From: Escherichia coli
Lineage (GTDB): Bacteria > Pseudomonadota > Gammaproteobacteria > Enterobacterales > Enterobacteriaceae
DNA length: 64,000 bases
Reading direction: 5' to 3' (one strand)
Assembly: GCF_044647545.1 (NCBI RefSeq)
Contig: NZ_CP172818.1
Part shown: piece by piece, positions 20,077-31,766 of the stretch
How positions within the stretch are numbered: the stretch's first letter is position 1
How the letters are laid out: every line of letters begins with the position of its first letter
Translations under genes and position numbers: made by a program
The notes under the pieces: generated by a model
The model's input: only the letters and a program-made list of their open reading frames with translations
Told to the model about the DNA's origin: nothing
Databases searched by the model: none

Positions 20077-22017
20077 TCAGCAGCGGCTTAAATCAGCCTG
20101 CGCCTGAGCCAGTTTTTCTGCCGCCTGACGTAACGGTTCCATCAACGGCATGGTCCGTGCTGGAGCTTGAAGGCGGAATCGCTGCAACTCTGTCGCGCCG
20201 ACAGTCAACGTCGATTCCAGCCGATGTCGTTTGGCGGCCATTTTAGTCAGTACCGCTTGTCTGTCTGCAGGCGTTACCGCTTCGTTCGGCCTGAAAACAA
20301 AACGGCGTTCGCAACTCGCTTTCCAGTCGATAACCGCCTGGGTCAGATGATCACCAAAACCTTTTACTTGCTTAACGCTCCGTCGGGTAACGTCTGCCGC
20401 CGTTTCAATACCAAAGGACCGTAACGCCGCTTTACGCGCAGGGCCAACGCCGGGAATAGAGGCAACATCAATAAAAAATCCCTCCAGAAACTTCTGCTTC
20501 TGCCGTTCCCTTGCGGTGTCCTGAAGTGCTGCCAGATCGCGCTTTTCTTCTTCCGGTAACCCAAGAATTTCGTCCTTCATTTTTTCGAGCATCGTCCGTT
20601 TGGCGATAAAACCTTCCAGCCCGCCCAACTGTTGGATCTGGCTGACTAAATGGTCATAGTCCATTTTTGCGCGATTAAAAGCCTCTCTTCGTTGCTGGAT
20701 TTCTGCTTTGTACGCTTTGCTTGTCAGGCTGCCAATAATCCAGATAGCCGACAGCACAGGAACCAAAATAATATAACGTGGTTCTGTCTGAAGGCCGCAA
20801 AGCAACAGCGATAACGCTGACAGTGCGATCTCAATCAGAATGATGTATTCACGCCTTAACAGGCCTAAAGGAAGCGGCCTGCCAGTCGGTTGGAAATGAT
20901 CGGGTAATGGCAGTTGCAATGCTGGCGGTGCTACTGACGCCATCACCATCGCCCAGACTTTCGCCAGCACAAAATCACCGCTGGTGGTAATGACCTCTTC
21001 GCCGAGATCAATAAAATAGATAACGCCTTGATTATCCAGAGCACACCACGGGCAGTCAGCCAAATGACCGGGATAAACATGCATTGCCGAAACGGTACAT
21101 TTCTTTAACTGTTGGCGTAGTAAATCAAGTGCCGCTACCCACGCTTTTGCCGTCGGACGCCCGGTTGCCACGCCACTTTCCGTGAATGCCTGCTGAAACA
21201 TGGCTTCAACATCGCCCGGTAACATCGACAGCGGAATAGATCGTGGCGGCGGTTTTAAACCACGTCGCTGATTATCTGACGCGTAGGCATAACGGAAATG
21301 GGCAATATCCGTCTCCAGCGCATTACCCGCATCAGAGATAAGCGGTACACCGGAATAAGGATGCCGACCACCAAACAAGACGTGAAAAATCAGCAACGCA
21401 AGGCCAAAATTATCGTGATTCGCGGTGCGTTCAAAGCCAACAAATGACGACAAGGTTTGCAGCTCTGGCGACGTAAAATGCGACACGCCCACTTCGCATA
21501 AATGCAGCGTTCCATTGGCGTTAATCTGAAAGGAGTCGCTATCAATCAACACCACTTTGCTGTCACGGCCTACCATAAAGCTGTTCTGGTTTACGTCACC
21601 CACGACGTGCCCGTGCTCGTGAATCGTAGCAAAAGATGAAGCAATATTGCGCGCAACATAGAGTAGAAAATCCCACGCACAATGAGGGTAACGTTGACGA
21701 CGATGTGCCGGGCTATAGATCATATGAATCGGTTCTTTACCAGAAACTTTTGGCATCATAAAACCGATAACCTTTCCGCCTCGTCCACCGTGAAGCGTTG
21801 CCTGCGGCCAGGCGACATAATTCAACAATTGCGCGTCAGCTGTCGCAGCCATAAAGGCAAGTTTGTCCTGTTTTAAGGCGGGTGGCGGCGTGTGATAAAT
21901 CTTGGCGACGCTATCGACAAACTCCTCGATATCATAAACCGCACCTTCGCCGCCTTTGCCCAGTTCACGGCCAGGCGTAACGCACTCACCAGTAGCAGTA
22001 TATAAAGTGGGTTTCAT
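20077..22017 (-). CDS. yegI: Protein kinase-like protein YegI (N-terminal kinase-like domain, C-terminal membrane-associated region)
   Basis: ORF 20077..22053; start taken at [30 protein letters not shown] (glycine-rich loop); ATG confirmed at 22015-22017; start choice uncertain. Confidence 0.8.
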   Translation of the reverse strand: MKPTLYTATGECVTPGRELGKGGEGAVYDIEEFVDSVAKIYHTPPPALKQDKLAFMAATADAQLLNYVAWPQATLHGGRGGKVIGFMMPKVSGKEPIHMIYSPAHRRQRYPHCAWDFLLYVARNIASSFATIHEHGHVVGDVNQNSFMVGRDSKVVLIDSDSFQINANGTLHLCEVGVSHFTSPELQTLSSFVGFERTANHDNFGLALLIFHVLFGGRHPYSGVPLISDAGNALETDIAHFRYAYASDNQRRGLKPPPRSIPLSMLPGDVEAMFQQAFTESGVATGRPTAKAWVAALDLLRQQLKKCTVSAMHVYPGHLADCPWCALDNQGVIYFIDLGEEVITTSGDFVLAKVWAMVMASVAPPALQLPLPDHFQPTGRPLPLGLLRREYIILIEIALSALSLLLCGLQTEPRYIILVPVLSAIWIIGSLTSKAYKAEIQQRREAFNRAKMDYDHLVSQIQQLGGLEGFIAKRTMLEKMKDEILGLPEEEKRDLAALQDTARERQKQKFLEGFFIDVASIPGVGPARKAALRSFGIETAADVTRRSVKQVKGFGDHLTQAVIDWKASCERRFVFRPNEAVTPADRQAVLTKMAAKRHRLESTLTVGATELQRFRLQAPARTMPLMEPLRQAAEKLAQAQADLSRC

Positions 22018-22774
22018 GGTACCACAGCGCCAGTGCCAACGTTTTATCATCATCGGTACGCTCGTTTACCGCCGGGCTGGACAAAAACTGCTTTAACAAT
22101 TCAGGTAATAAATCGAGTTGTTCCTGCGTTGCTGACGCCAGTCCATTGAAAAACGGGGTAAAGAAAGGCACATGCGGAGAATTATCCAGCATATTTAACG
22201 CCAGTCGCTGAATACCATCCGTAAATGCTGCAACTTTATGCGCACGCTCAGTACTGGTGTAAGTTTCCAGTCTGGAAACAGCATCGTCATCGGTAATGAA
22301 GTGCGTCATATTGGCATATTCCCCCACCATCGGCGTGAGCGGCAGTTGCAAACCGTGACCCAAATCTACCACCACGCCGCCATCGCCAATCTGCATAATC
22401 AAGGTGCCATTAGCTGATGAAATCAATCCCAAAAACGTGCAGGCAAAATCGCGAACCGCTAATTCTTTGGCTTCCGCCTCGGCAAAAAGTCGCTGACGAA
22501 TGGTCAGCACAATGTCCGTTGCGAGGACATCATTAAGCCCCAATTCCCCGCCCTGCACTTTTTGCGACATATAAGCCATCGCTTCATTGACGGCGAGCAT
22601 CGCACCTTCGCCACCCTGCGAGACGCTGCCTGCGCCATCAGCGACAAATACCGACAATAATGGCTGCTGGTCTTCTAACCAGGCAACCTGCATCTGGCAG
22701 GCATCCTGGCAAGACAAGTCAGCGCTGATGTGCGACGTTCCAACGGTTGATGCATAGACCAGACGCCAGCTCAC
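21986..22774 (-). CDS. yegK: PP2C-type Ser/Thr protein phosphatase YegK (PphC)
   Basis: 262-aa ORF with PP2C-like acidic motifs (VFVADGAGS..., IGDGGVVV); 4-bp overlap with yegL and 32-bp overlap with the yegI start as called. Confidence 0.8.
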   Translation of the reverse strand: MSWRLVYASTVGTSHISADLSCQDACQMQVAWLEDQQPLLSVFVADGAGSVSQGGEGAMLAVNEAMAYMSQKVQGGELGLNDVLATDIVLTIRQRLFAEAEAKELAVRDFACTFLGLISSANGTLIMQIGDGGVVVDLGHGLQLPLTPMVGEYANMTHFITDDDAVSRLETYTSTERAHKVAAFTDGIQRLALNMLDNSPHVPFFTPFFNGLASATQEQLDLLPELLKQFLSSPAVNERTDDDKTLALALWYHETHFIYCYW

Positions 22775-23430
22775 ACTGACGTCCAGCCTTTTGGCGCTTC
22801 CAGCACAACTTCCGTTCCCGGCGTGGAGCGGGAAACCGAACGCAGCGAACTGGATAACCAGCTAAACAGTTCACGGAATTGTAATCCCTGCAGTGGCAAA
22901 GGCTGACGAACGCTGATTTGTGCCAAAGTCTTCATATCCGCCCCCTGAACACCGATGGAAAAGAAGGCAAACTTCTTATCTTCTTCCCCCTGAAACACTT
23001 TGTTGGCGGCAGCCTGCCACTCATCGGTTGGAGCGCCATCGGTGATCAGGAAAATCCACGGGCGATAATAGGAAATACCATTGGCGCGATACTCACGTTT
23101 GCGCTCCTCAACCATATCCAGGGCTTTGGTAATGGCAGCGCCCATTGGTGTATCGCCCTGGGCAAACAGGATGGGCGGGAAAAAATTAGCGGCGCTGGTA
23201 AAGGGTTGTTCCACATGCACCGGGCCGAACGTCACAATACCGAGTTCCACTCTTTTTAAGGCCAGCGAATCGGCAAGCAGCTCATCGCGAAAGGTAACCA
23301 ATCCGGCGTTAAGTTCATTAATAGGTCTACCGTTCATAGAACCAGAAACATCCAGCAGCAAAATGCAGGGACAACGTGGTTCCGGGTTACTGGCAAAATC
23401 GCTGGTGGCAAACGTGATTTGTTCGCTCAT
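22771..23430 (-). CDS. yegL: von Willebrand factor A (vWA) domain protein YegL
   Basis: 219-aa ORF with MIDAS motif (LLLDVSGSM) typical of vWA domains. Confidence 0.85.
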   Translation of the reverse strand: MSEQITFATSDFASNPEPRCPCILLLDVSGSMNGRPINELNAGLVTFRDELLADSLALKRVELGIVTFGPVHVEQPFTSAANFFPPILFAQGDTPMGAAITKALDMVEERKREYRANGISYYRPWIFLITDGAPTDEWQAAANKVFQGEEDKKFAFFSIGVQGADMKTLAQISVRQPLPLQGLQFRELFSWLSSSLRSVSRSTPGTEVVLEAPKGWTSV

Positions 23431-23611
23431 AAGAAATCCTTTCTTAGAGAATTATTGAGGTCCGGTATCATACCGATTGCAATAATGAAATAAGAGCAAA
23501 CGAAGAAACTTTCAGAATTAGGCCCGGCGGCGCAGAAAATTTTGCTATTCGCCTCGCAAGAACGGAGAGCCGTCGATTGACACTAAGGGCGGAGTGACAT
23601 AATTTCAGGAG

Positions 23612-23755
23612 TGAGGGTTAGGGAGAGGTTTCCCCCCTCCCCCTGGTGTTCTTAGTAAGCCTGGAAGCTAATCACTAAGAGTATCACCAGTATGATGACG
23701 TGCTTCATCATAACCCTTTCCTTATTAAAAGCCCTCTTCTCCGGGAGAGGGTTTC
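23612..23755 (+). ncRNA. sibA: SibA antisense sRNA (type I antitoxin of ibsA)
   Basis: Strong promoter ttgaca-N17-taattt at 23577-23605; transcript fully antisense to ibsA; terminator hairpin ccctcttctccgggagaggg + ttt at 23732-23754; ~144 nt. Confidence 0.6.
23652..23711 (-). CDS. ibsA: Type I toxin IbsA (19-aa hydrophobic peptide)
   Basis: Minus-strand ORF atgatgaagcacgtcatcatactggtgatactcttagtgattagcttccaggcttactaa = MMKHVIILVILLVISFQAY. Confidence 0.7.
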   Translation of the reverse strand: MMKHVIILVILLVISFQAY

Positions 23756-23947
23756 CCGTTTCAGCGTCCCGCTGAAATCGTCGGCTTACCTCCTTTCGCC
23801 CTGAATGCAGTCTATCGCTAACGCGTGAACAAAATAGTTTCCCCTGTGATTATTGCGTAACGTCTCGCAAAGAATATTTGCTCGCAGGATCGCAGACTAC
23901 AAAGCCTGCGGATTGACAATCTGATTGTGAAGGCATACTTTCAGGAG

Positions 23948-24083
23948 TGAGGGTAGAGCGGGGTTTCCCCCGCCCTGGTAGTCTTAGTATGCTGGCCAGC
24001 TAATCACTAAGAGCACCACGATGATGATCCACTTCATCATGACCCTTTCCTTATTTAAGGCCCCTTCCTCGGGAGGGGCTTTC
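23948..24083 (+). ncRNA. sibB: SibB antisense sRNA (type I antitoxin of ibsB)
   Basis: Promoter ttgaca-N17-tacttt at 23913-23941; antisense to ibsB; terminator hairpin ccccttcctcgggagggg at 24061-24078; ~136 nt. Confidence 0.6.
23984..24040 (-). CDS. ibsB: Type I toxin IbsB (18-aa hydrophobic peptide)
   Basis: Minus-strand ORF translating to MMKWIIIVVLLVISWPAY, paralogous to ibsA. Confidence 0.65.
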   Translation of the reverse strand: MMKWIIIVVLLVISWPAY

Positions 24084-24247
24084 CCGTTTCAGCGTCCCGC
24101 TGAAATCGGCGGCCTACCTCCTTTTGCCCTGAATGCAGTCTATCGCTAACGCGTAGATAAAATAGTTTCCTGTGTTATTACTGGATGCGTGCTCGCAAAT
24201 GCGCCCGTCATTCAGACGATTCCCGACAGTGTTTCATAATTCCTCCA

Positions 24248-24265
24248 TTTTTCTCCCTTATTGGC
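24248..24265 (+). promoter_or_regulatory. BaeR box in the mdtA promoter
   Basis: tttttctcccttattggc matches the BaeR-binding consensus TTTTTCTCCATDATTGGC at 17 of 18 positions, ~55 bp upstream of the mdtA start. Confidence 0.6.
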
Positions 24266-24318
24266 TGGCTACACTAGTATCATTCCGCGAAACGTTTCAG
24301 GAAGAGAAACTCTTAACG

Positions 24319-25566
24319 ATGAAAGGCAGTTATAAATCCCGTTGGGTAATCGTAATCGTGGTGGTTATCGCCGCCATCGCCGCATTCTGGTTCTGGCAAG
24401 GCCGCAATGACTCCCGGAGTGCAGCCCCAGGGGCGACGAAACAAGCGCAGCAATCGCCAGCGGGTAGTCGCCGTGGTATGCGTGCCGGTCCATTAGCCCC
24501 GGTTCAGGCAGCGACCGCCGTAGAACAAGCTGTGCCACGTTATCTCACCGGGCTTGGCACCATTACCGCCGCTAATACTGTTACGGTGCGCAGCCGCGTG
24601 GACGGTCAACTGATGGCGTTGCATTTCCAGGAAGGCCAGCAGGTCAAAGCAGGCGATTTACTGGCAGAAATTGACCCCAGCCAGTTCAAAGTTGCATTAG
24701 CACAAGCCCAGGGCCAACTGGCAAAAGATAAAGCCACGCTTGCCAACGCCCGCCGTGATCTGGCGCGTTATCAACAACTGGTAAAAACCAATCTCGTATC
24801 TCGTCAGGAGCTGGATGCCCAACAGGCGCTGGTCAGTGAAACCGAAGGCACCATTAAGGCTGATGAAGCAAGCGTCGCCAGCGCACAGCTGCAACTCGAC
24901 TGGAGCCGCATCACCGCACCAGTCGATGGTCGCGTTGGTCTCAAGCAGGTTGATGTTGGTAACCAAATCTCCAGTGGTGATACCACCGGGATTGTGGTGA
25001 TCACCCAGACGCATCCTATCGATTTGCTCTTTACCCTGCCGGAAAGCGATATCGCTACCGTAGTACAGGCGCAAAAAACCGGAAAACCGCTGGTTGTTGA
25101 AGCCTGGGATCGCACCAACTCGAAGAAATTAAGTGAAGGCACGCTGTTAAGTCTCGATAACCAAATCGATGCCACTACCGGTACGATTAAAGTGAAAGCA
25201 CGCTTTAATAATCAGGATGATGCGCTGTTTCCCAATCAGTTTGTTAACGCGCGTATGTTAGTCGACACCGAACAAAACGCCGTGGTGATCCCCACCGCCG
25301 CCCTGCAAATGGGCAATGAAGGCCATTTTGTCTGGGTGCTGAATAGCGAAAACAAGGTCAGCAAACATCTGGTGACGCCGGGCATTCAGGACAGTCAGAA
25401 AGTGGTGATCCGCGCAGGTATTTCTGCGGGCGATCGCGTGGTGACGGATGGCATTGATCGCCTGACCGAAGGGGCGAAAGTGGAAGTAGTGGAAGCCCAG
25501 AGCGCCACCACTTCGGAAGAGAAAGCCACCAGCCGCGAATACGCGAAAAAAGGAGCACGCTCCTGA
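24319..25566 (+). CDS. mdtA: Multidrug efflux periplasmic adaptor (membrane fusion protein) MdtA
   Basis: ORF 24172..25566; start taken at [26 protein letters not shown] (ATG 24319), 415 aa; stop overlaps the mdtB start (TGATG). Confidence 0.9.
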   Translation: MKGSYKSRWVIVIVVVIAAIAAFWFWQGRNDSRSAAPGATKQAQQSPAGSRRGMRAGPLAPVQAATAVEQAVPRYLTGLGTITAANTVTVRSRVDGQLMALHFQEGQQVKAGDLLAEIDPSQFKVALAQAQGQLAKDKATLANARRDLARYQQLVKTNLVSRQELDAQQALVSETEGTIKADEASVASAQLQLDWSRITAPVDGRVGLKQVDVGNQISSGDTTGIVVITQTHPIDLLFTLPESDIATVVQAQKTGKPLVVEAWDRTNSKKLSEGTLLSLDNQIDATTGTIKVKARFNNQDDALFPNQFVNARMLVDTEQNAVVIPTAALQMGNEGHFVWVLNSENKVSKHLVTPGIQDSQKVVIRAGISAGDRVVTDGIDRLTEGAKVEVVEAQSATTSEEKATSREYAKKGARS

Positions 25567-28500
25567 TGCAGGTGTTACCCCCGAGCAGCACAGGCGGCCC
25601 GTCGCGCCTGTTTATTATGCGTCCTGTCGCCACCACGCTGCTGATGGTGGCGATCTTACTCGCCGGGATTATCGGTTATCGTGCCCTGCCCGTTTCGGCG
25701 CTGCCGGAAGTGGACTATCCAACCATTCAGGTGGTCACCCTCTACCCAGGTGCCAGCCCGGATGTCATGACCTCTGCCGTTACCGCGCCGCTCGAACGCC
25801 AGTTCGGGCAGATGTCCGGCCTGAAACAGATGTCGTCGCAAAGTTCCGGCGGTGCGTCAGTTATCACTTTGCAGTTCCAGCTAACATTACCGCTCGATGT
25901 CGCCGAGCAGGAAGTGCAGGCCGCGATTAACGCTGCGACCAACTTGTTGCCGAGCGATCTGCCTAACCCGCCGGTTTACAGCAAAGTGAACCCGGCAGAT
26001 CCGCCAATCATGACGCTCGCTGTCACCTCAACCGCCATGCCGATGACCCAGGTGGAAGATATGGTGGAAACCCGCGTCGCGCAAAAAATCTCGCAGATTT
26101 CCGGCGTCGGCCTGGTGACGCTTTCCGGCGGCCAGCGTCCGGCTGTTCGCGTCAAACTTAACGCCCAGGCGATTGCCGCCCTCGGCCTGACCAGCGAAAC
26201 CGTGCGCACCGCTATTACCGGCGCTAACGTTAACTCGGCAAAAGGTAGCCTCGACGGCCCTTCCCGTGCGGTCACACTTTCCGCGAACGACCAGATGCAA
26301 TCCGCCGAAGAGTATCGCCAGCTGATCATCGCCTACCAGAACGGCGCGCCGATTCGTCTGGGCGATGTCGCAACCGTAGAGCAAGGAGCAGAAAACAGCT
26401 GGCTCGGCGCGTGGGCGAACAAAGAACAGGCCATTGTGATGAATGTTCAGCGCCAGCCCGGTGCTAACATTATCTCCACCGCCGACAGCATCCGGCAGAT
26501 GCTGCCACAACTCACCGAGAGTTTGCCGAAATCGGTGAAGGTGACAGTACTTTCTGACCGTACCACCAATATTCGCGCATCCGTCGATGATACTCAGTTT
26601 GAATTAATGATGGCTATCGCGCTGGTAGTCATGATTATCTACCTGTTTTTGCGCAATATTCCGGCGACCATTATTCCTGGCGTCGCAGTGCCGCTGTCGT
26701 TAATCGGCACCTTCGCAGTCATGGTGTTTCTCGATTTTTCGATCAATAACCTGACGCTGATGGCATTAACTATCGCCACCGGATTCGTGGTCGATGACGC
26801 CATCGTGGTGATCGAGAACATTTCGCGCTATATCGAAAAAGGCGAAAAACCGCTGGCGGCGGCGCTCAAGGGCGCGGGTGAAATCGGTTTTACCATTATC
26901 TCGCTGACCTTCTCGCTGATTGCAGTGCTGATCCCGCTACTGTTTATGGGCGATATCGTCGGGCGACTGTTCCGCGAGTTTGCCATTACCCTGGCGGTAG
27001 CAATTTTGATCTCCGCCGTGGTGTCGCTGACTCTGACGCCGATGATGTGCGCGCGGATGCTCAGCCAGGAGTCGCTGCGTAAACAGAATCGCTTCTCCCG
27101 AGCCTCGGAGAAAATGTTCGACAGGATAATCGCCGCCTATGGTCGTGGACTTGCGAAAGTGCTGAATCATCCGTGGCTGACCTTAAGCGTGGCGCTCAGC
27201 ACGCTGCTGCTTAGCGTGCTGTTGTGGGTGTTCATTCCGAAAGGTTTCTTCCCGGTACAGGACAACGGCATTATTCAGGGCACTTTGCAGGCACCGCAAT
27301 CCAGCTCCTTTACCAATATGGCCCAGCGGCAACGCCAGGTCGCGGATGTGATTTTGCAGGATCCGGCAGTGCAAAGTCTGACCTCGTTTGTTGGCGTTGA
27401 TGGCACTAACCCGTCGCTGAACAGTGCGCGTTTACAAATCAACCTCAAACCGCTGGATGAACGAGATGACCGGGTGCAAAAAGTCATCGCCCGTCTGCAA
27501 ACGGCGGTCGATAAAGTGCCGGGCGTCGATCTCTTCCTGCAACCAACGCAGGACCTGACCATCGATACTCAGGTCAGCCGCACCCAGTACCAGTTTACCT
27601 TGCAGGCCACGTCACTGGATGCGCTCAGTACCTGGGTGCCACAGTTGATGGAAAAACTCCAGCAGCTGCCACAGCTTTCTGATGTCTCCAGCGACTGGCA
27701 GGACAAAGGGCTGGTGGCGTATGTCAATGTCGACAGGGACAGCGCCAGCCGTCTGGGGATCAGCATGGCGGATGTCGATAACGCCCTGTACAACGCGTTT
27801 GGTCAGCGGCTGATTTCCACTATTTATACTCAGGCCAACCAGTATCGCGTGGTGCTGGAACACAACACCGAAAATACCCCAGGCCTCGCGGCGCTGGATA
27901 CCATTCGCCTGACCAGCAGCGACGGCGGCGTGGTGCCGCTAAGCTCAATTGCCAAAATTGAGCAGCGTTTTGCGCCGCTCTCCATCAACCATCTGGATCA
28001 GTTCCCGGTAACGACCATCTCCTTTAACGTGCCGGATAACTATTCGCTGGGCGATGCGGTGCAGGCGATTATGGACACCGAAAAGACGCTGAATCTGCCG
28101 GTGGATATCACCACGCAGTTCCAGGGCAGCACCCTCGCCTTCCAGTCGGCGCTGGGCAGCACTGTCTGGCTGATTGTCGCGGCGGTGGTGGCGATGTATA
28201 TCGTGCTCGGCATTCTGTACGAGAGCTTTATTCACCCGATCACCATTCTCTCGACGCTACCCACGGCAGGGGTTGGCGCACTGCTGGCGTTAATGATTGC
28301 CGGTAGCGAACTGGATGTGATTGCAATTATCGGCATTATTTTGCTGATCGGTATCGTGAAGAAGAACGCCATCATGATGATCGACTTCGCGCTGGCTGCT
28401 GAGCGCGAGCAAGGCATGTCGCCGCGCGATGCAATCTACCAGGCTTGTCTGTTGCGTTTTCGTCCGATCCTGATGACCACCCTGGCGGCTCTGCTCGGCG

Positions 28501-28688
28501 CGCTACCGCTGATGTTGAGTACCGGGGTCGGCGCGGAACTGCGTCGTCCGTTAGGTATCGGCATGGTCGGCGGTCTGATTGTCAGCCAGGTGCTGACGCT
28601 GTTTACCACGCCGGTGATTTATCTGCTGTTCGACCGTCTGGCATTGTGGACCAAAAGCCGCTTTGCCCGTCATGAAGAGGAGGCGTAA
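25566..28688 (+). CDS. mdtB: RND multidrug efflux transporter MdtB
   Basis: 1040-aa ORF with 12-TMS RND architecture and large periplasmic loops. Confidence 0.95.
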   Translation: MQVLPPSSTGGPSRLFIMRPVATTLLMVAILLAGIIGYRALPVSALPEVDYPTIQVVTLYPGASPDVMTSAVTAPLERQFGQMSGLKQMSSQSSGGASVITLQFQLTLPLDVAEQEVQAAINAATNLLPSDLPNPPVYSKVNPADPPIMTLAVTSTAMPMTQVEDMVETRVAQKISQISGVGLVTLSGGQRPAVRVKLNAQAIAALGLTSETVRTAITGANVNSAKGSLDGPSRAVTLSANDQMQSAEEYRQLIIAYQNGAPIRLGDVATVEQGAENSWLGAWANKEQAIVMNVQRQPGANIISTADSIRQMLPQLTESLPKSVKVTVLSDRTTNIRASVDDTQFELMMAIALVVMIIYLFLRNIPATIIPGVAVPLSLIGTFAVMVFLDFSINNLTLMALTIATGFVVDDAIVVIENISRYIEKGEKPLAAALKGAGEIGFTIISLTFSLIAVLIPLLFMGDIVGRLFREFAITLAVAILISAVVSLTLTPMMCARMLSQESLRKQNRFSRASEKMFDRIIAAYGRGLAKVLNHPWLTLSVALSTLLLSVLLWVFIPKGFFPVQDNGIIQGTLQAPQSSSFTNMAQRQRQVADVILQDPAVQSLTSFVGVDGTNPSLNSARLQINLKPLDERDDRVQKVIARLQTAVDKVPGVDLFLQPTQDLTIDTQVSRTQYQFTLQATSLDALSTWVPQLMEKLQQLPQLSDVSSDWQDKGLVAYVNVDRDSASRLGISMADVDNALYNAFGQRLISTIYTQANQYRVVLEHNTENTPGLAALDTIRLTSSDGGVVPLSSIAKIEQRFAPLSINHLDQFPVTTISFNVPDNYSLGDAVQAIMDTEKTLNLPVDITTQFQGSTLAFQSALGSTVWLIVAAVVAMYIVLGILYESFIHPITILSTLPTAGVGALLALMIAGSELDVIAIIGIILLIGIVKKNAIMMIDFALAAEREQGMSPRDAIYQACLLRFRPILMTTLAALLGALPLMLSTGVGAELRRPLGIGMVGGLIVSQVLTLFTTPVIYLLFDRLALWTKSRFARHEEEA

Positions 28689-31600
28689 GTGAAGTTTTTT
28701 GCCCTCTTCATTTACCGCCCGGTGGCGACGATTTTACTGTCGGTCGCCATTACCCTGTGCGGTATACTGGGTTTCCGTATGCTGCCAGTCGCCCCGCTGC
28801 CGCAGGTCGATTTTCCGGTGATCATGGTCAGCGCCTCGCTGCCCGGTGCGTCACCAGAAACAATGGCGTCTTCCGTTGCCACGCCGCTGGAGCGCTCACT
28901 TGGGCGCATTGCCGGAGTCAGCGAAATGACCTCCAGCAGTTCGCTCGGCAGCACGCGCATTATTTTGCAGTTTGATTTTGACCGGGATATCAACGGCGCA
29001 GCGCGCGATGTGCAGGCGGCGATCAACGCCGCGCAAAGTCTGCTACCCAGCGGGATGCCCAGCCGTCCGACCTATCGCAAAGCGAACCCATCGGATGCGC
29101 CAATTATGATCCTCACGCTGACATCCGATACTTATTCGCAGGGTGAACTGTACGATTTCGCCTCGACACAGCTGGCTCCGACGATTTCGCAAATCGACGG
29201 TGTCGGTGATGTCGATGTTGGCGGCAGCTCGCTGCCCGCCGTACGCGTCGGGCTGAATCCGCAGGCGCTGTTTAATCAGGGCGTCTCGCTGGACGATGTG
29301 CGCACTGCCATCAGCAATGCCAACGTGCGTAAACCGCAGGGGGCGCTGGAAGATGGCACTCACCGCTGGCAGATCCAGACTAACGATGAACTAAAAACCG
29401 CAGCCGAATACCAGCCGCTGATTGTTCACTACAACAACGGCGGCGCGGTTCGTGTGGGTGATGTAGCAACGGTAACCGACTCGGTGCAGGATGTGCGCAA
29501 CGCCGGGATGACCAACGCCAAACCGGCTATTCTGCTGATGATCCGCAAGCTGCCGGAAGCCAATATTATCCAGACGGTTGACAGCATCCGGGCAAAATTA
29601 CCGGAGTTGCAGGAGACCATTCCGGCGGCGATTGATCTGCAAATTGCCCAGGATCGCTCCCCCACCATTCGCGCCTCGCTGGAGGAAGTCGAGCAAACGT
29701 TGATTATCTCGGTGGCGCTGGTGATTCTGGTGGTGTTTTTATTCCTGCGCTCGGGTCGCGCCACTATTATTCCCGCCGTTGCGGTGCCGGTTTCGCTGAT
29801 TGGTACGTTTGCGGCGATGTACCTGTGCGGTTTCAGTCTCAATAATCTTTCGTTAATGGCGCTGACCATCGCTACAGGCTTTGTGGTGGATGACGCCATC
29901 GTGGTGCTGGAAAACATTGCCCGTCATCTGGAAGCGGGAATGAAACCGTTGCAAGCCGCGCTGCAAGGTACTCGCGAAGTCGGCTTTACGGTGCTGTCGA
30001 TGAGTCTGTCACTGGTGGCGGTGTTCCTGCCGCTGCTGTTGATGGGCGGATTACCAGGACGCCTGTTACGCGAGTTTGCCGTGACGCTTTCTGTCGCCAT
30101 TGGTATTTCGTTGCTGGTTTCCCTGACGTTAACGCCGATGATGTGCGGCTGGATGCTAAAAGCCAGCAAGCCGCGCGAGCAAAAGCGTCTGCGTGGTTTT
30201 GGTCGCATGTTGGTAGCCCTGCAACAAAGCTACGGCAAGTCGCTAAAATGGGTGCTCAATCATACCCGTCTGGTGGGCGTGGTGCTGCTTGGCACCATTG
30301 CGCTGAATATCTGGCTGTATATCTCGATCCCGAAAACCTTCTTCCCGGAGCAGGACACCGGCGTGTTGATGGGCGGGATACAGGCGGATCAGAGTATTTC
30401 GTTTCAGGCGATGCGCGGTAAGTTGCAGGATTTTATGAAAATTATCCGTGACGATCCGGCAGTGGATAATGTCACCGGATTTACCGGCGGTTCGCGGGTG
30501 AACAGCGGGATGATGTTTATCACCCTCAAGCCACGCGGCGAACGCAGCGAAACGGCGCAGCAAATTATCGACCGTCTGCGGGTGAAGCTGGCGAAAGAAC
30601 CGGGGGCGAATCTGTTCCTGATGGCGGTACAGGATATTCGCGTTGGCGGACGTCAGTCGAACGCCAGCTATCAGTACACGTTGTTATCCGACGACCTGGC
30701 GGCACTGCGCGAATGGGAGCCGAAAATCCGCAAAAAACTGGCGACATTGCCGGAACTGGCGGACGTGAACTCCGACCAGCAGGATAACGGCGCGGAGATG
30801 AATCTGGTTTACGACCGCGACACCATGGCACGGCTGGGAATCGACGTGCAGGCCGCCAACAGCCTGTTAAATAACGCCTTCGGTCAGCGGCAAATCTCGA
30901 CCATTTACCAGCCGATGAACCAGTATAAAGTGGTGATGGAAGTGGATCCGCGCTATACCCAGGACATCAGTGCGCTGGAAAAAATGTTCGTTATCAATAA
31001 CGAAGGCAAAGCGATCCCGCTGTCGTATTTCGCTAAATGGCAACCGGCGAATGCCCCACTATCGGTGAATCATCAGGGATTATCGGCGGCCTCGACCATC
31101 TCGTTCAACCTGCCGACCGGGAAATCGCTCTCGGACGCCAGTGCGGCGATCGATCGCGCAATGACCCAGCTTGGCGTGCCTTCGACGGTGCGCGGTAGTT
31201 TTGCCGGCACGGCGCAGGTGTTCCAGGAGACGATGAACTCGCAGGTGATCCTGATTATCGCCGCCATCGCCACGGTGTATATCGTGCTGGGTATCCTTTA
31301 CGAGAGTTACGTACATCCGCTGACGATTCTCTCCACCCTGCCCTCGGCGGGCGTTGGAGCGCTGTTGGCGCTGGAGCTGTTCAATGCCCCGTTCAGCCTA
31401 ATCGCCCTGATAGGGATCATGCTATTAATCGGCATCGTGAAGAAAAACGCCATTATGATGGTCGATTTTGCGCTTGAAGCCCAACGGCACGGTAACCTCA
31501 CGCCGCAGGAAGCTATTTTCCAGGCCTGTCTGCTGCGTTTTCGCCCGATTATGATGACTACCCTGGCGGCGCTGTTTGGTGCGCTGCCGTTGGTATTGTC

Positions 31601-31766
31601 GGGCGGTGACGGCTCAGAGCTGCGGCAACCCCTGGGGATCACCATTGTCGGCGGTCTGGTAATGAGCCAGCTCCTGACGCTGTATACCACGCCGGTGGTG
31701 TATCTCTTTTTCGACCGTCTGCGGCTGCGTTTTTCGCGTAAACCTAAACAAACGGTAACCGAGTAA
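28689..31766 (+). CDS. mdtC: RND multidrug efflux transporter MdtC
   Basis: 1025-aa ORF starting with GTG directly after the mdtB stop ([23 protein letters not shown]...). Confidence 0.95.
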   Translation: MKFFALFIYRPVATILLSVAITLCGILGFRMLPVAPLPQVDFPVIMVSASLPGASPETMASSVATPLERSLGRIAGVSEMTSSSSLGSTRIILQFDFDRDINGAARDVQAAINAAQSLLPSGMPSRPTYRKANPSDAPIMILTLTSDTYSQGELYDFASTQLAPTISQIDGVGDVDVGGSSLPAVRVGLNPQALFNQGVSLDDVRTAISNANVRKPQGALEDGTHRWQIQTNDELKTAAEYQPLIVHYNNGGAVRVGDVATVTDSVQDVRNAGMTNAKPAILLMIRKLPEANIIQTVDSIRAKLPELQETIPAAIDLQIAQDRSPTIRASLEEVEQTLIISVALVILVVFLFLRSGRATIIPAVAVPVSLIGTFAAMYLCGFSLNNLSLMALTIATGFVVDDAIVVLENIARHLEAGMKPLQAALQGTREVGFTVLSMSLSLVAVFLPLLLMGGLPGRLLREFAVTLSVAIGISLLVSLTLTPMMCGWMLKASKPREQKRLRGFGRMLVALQQSYGKSLKWVLNHTRLVGVVLLGTIALNIWLYISIPKTFFPEQDTGVLMGGIQADQSISFQAMRGKLQDFMKIIRDDPAVDNVTGFTGGSRVNSGMMFITLKPRGERSETAQQIIDRLRVKLAKEPGANLFLMAVQDIRVGGRQSNASYQYTLLSDDLAALREWEPKIRKKLATLPELADVNSDQQDNGAEMNLVYDRDTMARLGIDVQAANSLLNNAFGQRQISTIYQPMNQYKVVMEVDPRYTQDISALEKMFVINNEGKAIPLSYFAKWQPANAPLSVNHQGLSAASTISFNLPTGKSLSDASAAIDRAMTQLGVPSTVRGSFAGTAQVFQETMNSQVILIIAAIATVYIVLGILYESYVHPLTILSTLPSAGVGALLALELFNAPFSLIALIGIMLLIGIVKKNAIMMVDFALEAQRHGNLTPQEAIFQACLLRFRPIMMTTLAALFGALPLVLSGGDGSELRQPLGITIVGGLVMSQLLTLYTTPVVYLFFDRLRLRFSRKPKQTVTE

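Larger units (their letters stand above)
23576..24175. repeat. Two tandem ~300-bp direct repeat units, each carrying one ibs/sib toxin-antitoxin module
   Basis: Units starting at about 23576 and 23912 align along their length (shared ttgaca -35, ...ttcaggagtgaggg..., ...cccgtttcagcgtcccgctgaaatcg...ctatcgctaacgcgt...). Confidence 0.75.

Noticed and set aside
23576-24175. Tandem repeats considered as a possible CRISPR array
   Set aside because: Only two long (~300 bp) units with internal promoters, terminators and small ORFs; no short direct repeats with regular spacers and no cas genes nearby; explained as ibs/sib toxin-antitoxin duplication.
24172-24318. N-terminal extensions in the ORF track (mdtA 24172, yegH 8500, rcnB 55784, wzc 6352, udk 14114, fbaB 47661, apbC 63205, yegD 18649, wcaD 1611, yegR 38726, yegP 35442, gatY 46317)
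   Set aside because: Extensions run into promoter/leader sequence; internal start codons give products of the expected length and begin with recognisable N-termini or signal peptides.
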